A stretch of DNA of 63,815 nt, filler included, from Craspedostauros australis (lineage: Eukaryota): assembly GCA_030167865.1 (NCBI GenBank). It is 10 parts of 10 records of this genome, joined end to end, with 100 filler letters (N's around TTAATTAATTAA, not from the genome) between each part and the next. Parts side by side here need not be neighbours in the genome. Positions count along the whole stretch, not along the records: positions 54,274 to 62,456 come from JALAGF010004375.1; positions 62,557 to 63,815 come from JALAGF010004381.1; 8 more parts are not named here. One strand, 5' to 3'. Each line of letters begins with the position of its first letter. Positions within the stretch are counted from its first letter, which is position 1. A program made the position numbers and the translations under genes. The notes below the pieces were generated by a model. It was not told the DNA's origin and searched no databases. It worked only from the letters and a program-made list of their open reading frames with translations. Below are positions 57,969 to 63,815 of this stretch, in pieces.

Positions 57969-60756
57969 CCGTTACATTTGGTGTGCGACCTGGAAGTGGG
58001 CTGTCAACCTTTCCTTCGCTGGTTCTCTCGCGCTGGGCGTCCTTTGGCGTTATGCCTCGCCCTTCCGTGCTCTCCCCCTCTTTTTCTTTGAGCTTCCGAT
58101 TTTCCTCTGCCGTTGCCTCCAACCGTGCTTGCATTGCTTCCATCTGTGCTTTCATCTCTACTACTAGTGCTCTCGTCGTCCCTGATGTCTTCTTTGTGCT
58201 TCCCGATAGCGTTGACATAGTTGATTTCTGTGTTCTGTTCTCCATCAACTCCGCCAGTTGTTCCTCCAAGTGTGCGATCTTCTGTCTCTGCGTGCCTGTT
58301 GTCCGTTTGCTATTGTTTGTGAGTGTGGACGTGGTGGATCCTTCGCCTTGAAGTTCTTTGTCTCTTGCTGCCTGCCTGTTGGCTTCGCCTCTCGCGCTGA
58401 TGGTTTTCCATGCTTGGTGGTTTCGCAGCGACGGGATGGTCTCGTTGTCCCCGTAGTCCTTTTCTGGTCTCACGTCGCAGTCTCTGCTTTCTTGTGCTAC
58501 TCCCTCCTCCATGTCGACCTCCACCTTTCGTGCGAAGTGCATGTCTTCGTCGGCAGCCATCACAGCTTCCACTGCTTCATCTCGCTCTGAAATCACCCGC
58601 TTGGTTGCTTCGTCCCACTTCATCGTCTTTGCTTCGCCTCGCGCAAGTGTTGTGAATAGTGACCTCACTGTCTCGCCGTATTTCGCCTCTAGTGTCACCA
58701 GCAGCCCTTTCACCGTCATGCGTGCTTCCATCTCTTTGTGTGGATGAAATTGAAACACGTACCCTGCCCCTCTCCACTGCTTGCTCACTGATGCGAACAG
58801 TGGGGTGTTCACGTTCCCCGTGGTGGATTTGAGCTTCATGATCATCTGGCGTAGTGTGTTGCCTGTTCCGTCTGGCACCGTGTCCAGAGTCTCTTGGATG
58901 ATGTCGTGTGATGTGATAGATTTTGCCTCTTCGCACCAGCCGGCGTGGCGCTCTCTTAGCGCAAACCACCCTTGCCGCATGTCTGTGTTCACAATGCCTG
59001 AGAGTGGTGTTACCAACCTCATCCTGATTCCCAGTGGAAATTTCGTCGATTTCGCACCATAGTACGTCTCCATCACTTTCATCACCACTTCCTTGTCGGC
59101 TGTAGCGGTCTCAATGTGTAGTGCCCTCGGGTCTCTCTCCATTTTCCGGTTGGGGTCGTACTTTGCCCCGTCAGAGATGCGTTTCCAGTTCGCTGCCACC
59201 TGTCGTTGTGTTAGTCGAGTGAGCTCCGCCTCCAGCTCGTCTTCGCTGAGCTGTCTGGTTGAGTACATCATCCATCCGATGGTGGTGGTTGATGCGGCTT
59301 GAATCTTTGCCACGGTGAACCTTCCGCTGTCTCTTGAGAAGAAGTCTCTTAGCTCCTCTGTGATCCTTGTGATTGGGTTCTCGCATTCGATCCTCACCTT
59401 CAGGAACATCTTCTCTCGCTCTTTCCCGTAGATGGCTCTCACCCCTTTGAAATATTCTTTCAGAGTGGTCAGGTCCTTAGGAAAATCGTCGAGTGAGTGG
59501 ACGTTGGTTTGGGCCACTGTTAGGTTCCATGGTTTCAATCTTGCTGTTGCGTCCACGTGCTGGATGTTAACAAGGAAATCTCTGCATGACCCGATGGCCG
59601 CGTCGATGGCGACTTTGGCGTCCTTCGCGTCACCTCCTCCGTTCACCATGATGTGCACGTCGCAGTATTTGATGTCGTTGGTCTTGGTAGCCGTTTGTTG
59701 TTGGTTGGCGTCTCTGTTCCTGTTAACCTCGTTCCATTCGTTGGTGAAAGTGTTACTTCCTGCCTGCGTTTGTTCATCTGCGTTGATGGACATATGATCC
59801 TGGTCGCTATAGATGAACTCGTTGTTCACACTTGGTGTTTCTGTTGGCGGCTGTGCTGTTGCTGTTGCCTCTGTGTTTGCTTGCGCTTGCTCCTTGTCCG
59901 TGTCTGCTGCTGCATTGGCTCTTTTGAGCGGTTGTATGAGATTGTCGCCTTTTGTTGGGCTCACTTCTCCTCGTTTCTTGTTGGCTGTTGTTCTGGCTGT
60001 TGTTCCTTCATCTTGTACCACTATTTCTTTTGGCACTGGCATCCTCTGGTCCGTTTCCGCCTCCTTGGTTTCTTTCCCATCTTCTACACTTCGCTCTTCA
60101 TTACTGCTCTCTTCACTGCTGCTCTCTTCCTCGCTGCTTTCATCCTCGTCGTCCTGCGAGTCCGATTCCTTCGCTTTGCTAGCTAGTACTTCTGTGTCCT
60201 CCTCCTCTTCATCTACCATCATCTGCTCTCCTCCTTGCACATCTTCCTCCGTCTTCTTGGCCTCTTCCGCTGCAATTCTTGCCTTGCTTGCTGCCCCCAT
60301 CTTCTCCCACTTCGTGTTGAGAATTCTCTCCATCCCGGCCTGGGCTGCTACCAAGTAGGCTTTCGCCTTGTATGGTCGCGTCACCCTGAGACTTCTGTTT
60401 TTGATGCACTGGTGGCACACTCTCTCGAAACCTCGTTGGACTGGTGGGTTCCTTGTTGGCGCAATCAGTACACTGCACTCGTCATGGATCGGCTCGCCAC
60501 ATGCCGCGCATCTTGACTCAGCCGTTGCCTTCCCTTCTCCCCTGCACATCCTTCCTGCTCCGCACCGGTCTTTTTCCTCCTTCTCCTGTCCTCCTGCTTC
60601 CCTTGCATCGTTCTTCCCCATTTCGCCTCCGTTGCTCTTCCTGTTTCCTCCCCCTTTATCCTCCTTCGTTCCTTGTCCTCCTTCCTTGCTTCTTCCTGTC
60701 TTCTCTATCCTCTTCACATACGCACCAATAGGCATCTGAACTGGTTTCGTCGCCAT
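57937..60756 (-). CDS. LINE ORF1 with PHD-like finger
   Basis: CGAGRMC..CAACGEPIHDEC..CHQC. Colinear with the ORF1 at 1283-3871. Confidence 0.88.
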   Translation of the reverse strand: MATKPVQMPIGAYVKRIEKTGRSKEGGQGTKEDKGGGNRKSNGGEMGKNDAREAGGQEKEEKDRCGAGRMCRGEGKATAESRCAACGEPIHDECSVLIAPTRNPPVQRGFERVCHQCIKNRSLRVTRPYKAKAYLVAAQAGMERILNTKWEKMGAASKARIAAEEAKKTEEDVQGGEQMMVDEEEEDTEVLASKAKESDSQDDEDESSEEESSSEESSNEERSVEDGKETKEAETDQRMPVPKEIVVQDEGTTARTTANKKRGEVSPTKGDNLIQPLKRANAAADTDKEQAQANTEATATAQPPTETPSVNNEFIYSDQDHMSINADEQTQAGSNTFTNEWNEVNRNRDANQQQTATKTNDIKYCDVHIMVNGGGDAKDAKVAIDAAIGSCRDFLVNIQHVDATARLKPWNLTVAQTNVHSLDDFPKDLTTLKEYFKGVRAIYGKEREKMFLKVRIECENPITRITEELRDFFSRDSGRFTVAKIQAASTTTIGWMMYSTRQLSEDELEAELTRLTQRQVAANWKRISDGAKYDPNRKMERDPRALHIETATADKEVVMKVMETYYGAKSTKFPLGIRMRLVTPLSGIVNTDMRQGWFALRERHAGWCEEAKSITSHDIIQETLDTVPDGTGNTLRQMIMKLKSTTGNVNTPLFASVSKQWRGAGYVFQFHPHKEMEARMTVKGLLVTLEAKYGETVRSLFTTLARGEAKTMKWDEATKRVISERDEAVEAVMAADEDMHFARKVEVDMEEGVAQESRDCDVRPEKDYGDNETIPSLRNHQAWKTISARGEANRQAARDKELQGEGSTTSTLTNNSKRTTGTQRQKIAHLEEQLAELMENRTQKSTMSTLSGSTKKTSGTTRALVVEMKAQMEAMQARLEATAEENRKLKEKEGESTEGRGITPKDAQRERTSEGKVDSPLPGRTPNVTDGATAASGDG

Positions 60757-62556
60757 CTTGCTGCTGCTTCCTCTTCTCTTTTCGTCGTGTTGTTGTTGGT
60801 TGTTTTCTTGCTGTCTTTTTGCTGTCTTTTTATTTTAGTTGGTTGTTTTGCTGCGACAATTTTTTCGGGACTGTTTCGGTCTTTTCCAAAATTGTATTCA
60901 CTGAACTCAATGTACTCCAGGAACTATGCTCCTCTGAATCCTTGTGTTACAGCTAATCTCGATTCCATTGTCGGCCATGCCAGCTAACAACTACACATGG
61001 CAACAACAATGTTATATCGATATTGTACACAGCGAAATCACACGAGTCCTTCAAGAGGGATCAAGTCTTTCAGGATGATGGTGATGAGCTAGTGTAGTGA
61101 AGACACTGTTTGGGTTGAGTGACTTCTGGTTCTATGTTATCTTCTTTGAGTTGTATCTCATGTTGCTGTCTTCAAGGACAGCTCTCGGTCATTGCACCTC
61201 TGCAATCTTGTTCTGATGTGGAGATGACCCATGATGTGGCGATGATGTCTCCTGTGTCGACATCACTCATCACCATTCCATGGCTCTGTCGATTCCACAT
61301 TCCATTGATGATGCTTGAGGGCGTCGAGGGTGGTGTCACTTCAGGTTTAGTTGGGAAGTATATCAGGTCGAATTGGACATCACATGTTCGCCGGGTGGTG
61401 GCCAGACCGAATCTCTGATGTTCTCTCTAGTGTGTCCCTTATGCCGGAATTCATGTGTCTGAAGAAAGCATCGTTTCAGCACATACCAGGACAGACTAAT
61501 CAGAAAACGAATCAGGTGAATAAAGCATTGTGCTAATAAGACCCCCTCGAGTGAGTCGACCTGCAGTCCGTAATCAGGCATGTCAACTTTTTCTGGACAC
61601 ATGGATAACCACCCACAAATTAAGAATACTGACCATCACAGCATGACGAAAAAATAAAGTCCATATTGCTATAGTTTATATTCTAAGTTTTATGGATCAT
61701 TCATGTTTTTGTGGTCCCATGAGTGGAAGTCAACGATACGTCGCCTTTGATTTTGGAATGCTCTATGATGTTCTGTGCAAAATACAAAAGGTATCTATTC
61801 ACGCTGGTGTTTCGGCTGCTTCCTCCTAACTCGATCGTTTGAAACGCGTTAATCCCACGTTAGCACTGGTAACAACAATCGGCGTTTTGAGCCTCCACAA
61901 ACTGAACACATCACAAAGATGACAACACATCACACACCATCATCATCTATCCACAAAATTCATCGTCGCATTTTGGCGCCGTTTCAGTGTTTTCTCGGCT
62001 CATGTTATGTATAGTCGTGGTATCGTTCCACACGCACGGTCGTTGCACAAATAGCATGAGTAGCATTACTGGTTCCGACTACGGAAGTCGTCGTTGTTGT
62101 TACTCCATTGTCTACCTATCACTGCGTGATCTTGTATGGTCACTTTTCCTCAGACTCGTGCAAGCCATCCACCCCACCACACCAACTCCTCTACTCCACT
62201 ATCATCGCCATCATGCTCACCTCCTCCACCCCGAAAGCCCTTTCCAAGGATGTCAACCCCTCGCCAAGGAAGAAACCTCGTTCCGCTCAACTTGCGTCTG
62301 ATCCTCCCTTCGACTCCAAGGGGAATCTGCTTCCTGCCACGGAGCATTTGTTGCTTGACAAGCCGTCTGCTGTGTTGCGCAAGCCGATCACCATCAAGCA
62401 AGTTGTTGGTGTGAAGCCCATGCAGGCAGTAGACAGCAGCCTTGTCCCAAACGATGNNNNNNNNNNNNNNNNNNNNNNNNNNNNNNNNNNNNNNNNNNNN
62501 TTAATTAATTAANNNNNNNNNNNNNNNNNNNNNNNNNNNNNNNNNNNNNNNNNNNN

Positions 62557-63815
62557 GAAGAGCGTACATCTGGGATGGAGACAGTGCAATTGGTGATGAC
62601 ATTGGCAATGACGTACGCCTGACCAGCGGTTCCGATGCACATGACAACAGCGACACAGGTCTACCAGCTGTTGTTGGTCATGCAGATGCCATCTTCGATA
62701 ATGAGGTCATCTATTGCAGCATCGGTGCTTGCTGTGCCGTTTCAACTGCCAGCAGGCATTCAGGAGTTGTTGCCAAGATTGAGGCTTCTAGTGGCCTTTC
62801 CTGTTTCACGATGGGCGTTCTGGCACAAGCGCTCTCCCTGGTATCCCTCCTCCTGGACATTGATGTTGGCAAGAGTCGGTGCGACAACACTTGATGGCTG
62901 TTCCGTGCGAAAGTGCATATTGGCGCAGATGTTGGCACCGTTGCATACAGCACGCTCAATGCAGATGATTCCGTAGATGTTGATTCCAAGGTTTTGGCAG
63001 CTTCTGGCGTTGGTGCATGCTGCTGGTCCAATGATCTTGAAACCAATGACTGTGTTGATGTTGATTGTATGCATGAAGCTGCCAAGCGCAGCGCAGGAGT
63101 TGTCATTGAGGCAGCTGCCAAGGATGATGATGTTGCTGCCAAGCTTGCTATGGGATCGATTTGCCATGGTCATACCGGAACAAGAGTCTGGAATCATGGT
63201 GATGATTTCATCAGCCACAAGCGTCATGCACTGCATCACGCTGCAGCATGAGGCACCGGAATTGGAGTACTGAGTTGAGATCTCTGTAGAGGCCCTGATC
63301 TGGAACATGCAACTGCCATTGGAAGTAGAGAAGCAGTCACCATTGGTGGTGCAGAAGGTTATGCCAGCATTTCTTGTGCATTTCATTGTCATCGGGGTTC
63401 CTTTGAAGGCAGTGACGAATTGAGCTTCTGTGCTCAAGTCCACCTTGAGCTGTTGAGAAAGCTCTGAGTTGGAAGCGGAGTTGTTGAACACAGCATGGGG
63501 CTCTCCCTCACTTGAATCATCCCCAGTGCATGCAAAGAACATCTGGAGGTCTGGAAGACTGCGGACATCAAGAATGGCCTTGCGACACGACGCCTCATCC
63601 CTGTTGCAAAACAAAGTCTTGATATCTCCCAGAGTGTCATCTGTGGCTGTATCATGTTAATCATAGATGGCGACGATGGAGGCATTGAACACAGTTGGAG
63701 CCACTGTTGGAGATGCAGTGGGTGCTGGATTTGGAGCGAATGTCTGGGCTGGAGATGGCACCAAGGCCGGTGCAGATGGCAGTGCAAAAGTTGGTGTGGA
63801 AGTTGCAGCCCTGGT
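62557..63815 (-). pseudogene. Degenerate coding remnant of unknown identity, CpG-decayed
   Basis: Long minus-strand frame (P/T/A-rich start TPTFALPSAPALVPSPAQT, then an internal stop). Excess Cys/Met/His codons and TG/CA dinucleotides. Confidence 0.35.

Larger units (their letters stand above)
54274..60896 (-). mobile_element. Non-LTR retrotransposon (second, related family), apparently intact up to the contig edge
   Basis: Uninterrupted ORF1 and ORF2. The 5' UTR is homologous to 1143-1282. Confidence 0.93.

Noticed and set aside
62213..62456. Start of a gene (MLTSSTPKALSK...) running into the linker
   Set aside because: Plausible but too short and without motifs to call.
1..63815. CRISPR arrays, rRNA genes, prokaryotic operons
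   Set aside because: None seen; repeats are microsatellites and the genes have spliceosomal introns.

Overview
Eukaryotic, intron-containing genomic DNA, most likely from a diatom (silicon transporter, DUF6824-type gene, diatom-style LINEs). The window is not contiguous: ten contig pieces are joined by nine artificial 100-nt N-TTAATTAATTAA-N linkers. Three contig pairs begin with identical sequence and then diverge, so they are probably alternative haplotype or paralog paths. Host genes: PIG-A (3' part), a degenerate silicon transporter (SIT), an SDR, a PPR protein (x2), SNAPC4-like Myb protein (x2), ATG6/Beclin, a P-loop NTPase with a putative nuclease domain (x2), a secreted heme peroxidase (x2), a single-pass membrane protein with EF-hands, an EGY-like M50 protease, a carbohydrate sulfotransferase, HPRT and a DUF6824-type protein. 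Mobile DNA: three related non-LTR retrotransposons (ORF1 with or without a PHD finger; ORF2 APE-RT-RNase H) and a probable LTR nested in one of them. The most notable feature is a 206-bp LTR-like insert with a 5-bp target-site duplication and a complete TATA + tRNA-like + T4 Pol III cassette. It sits in the SIT coding sequence and could be spliced out in frame. That SIT also has an in-frame internal deletion and lies in a 5,657-bp unit with identical ends. All calls come from reading motifs by eye; no searches were run.
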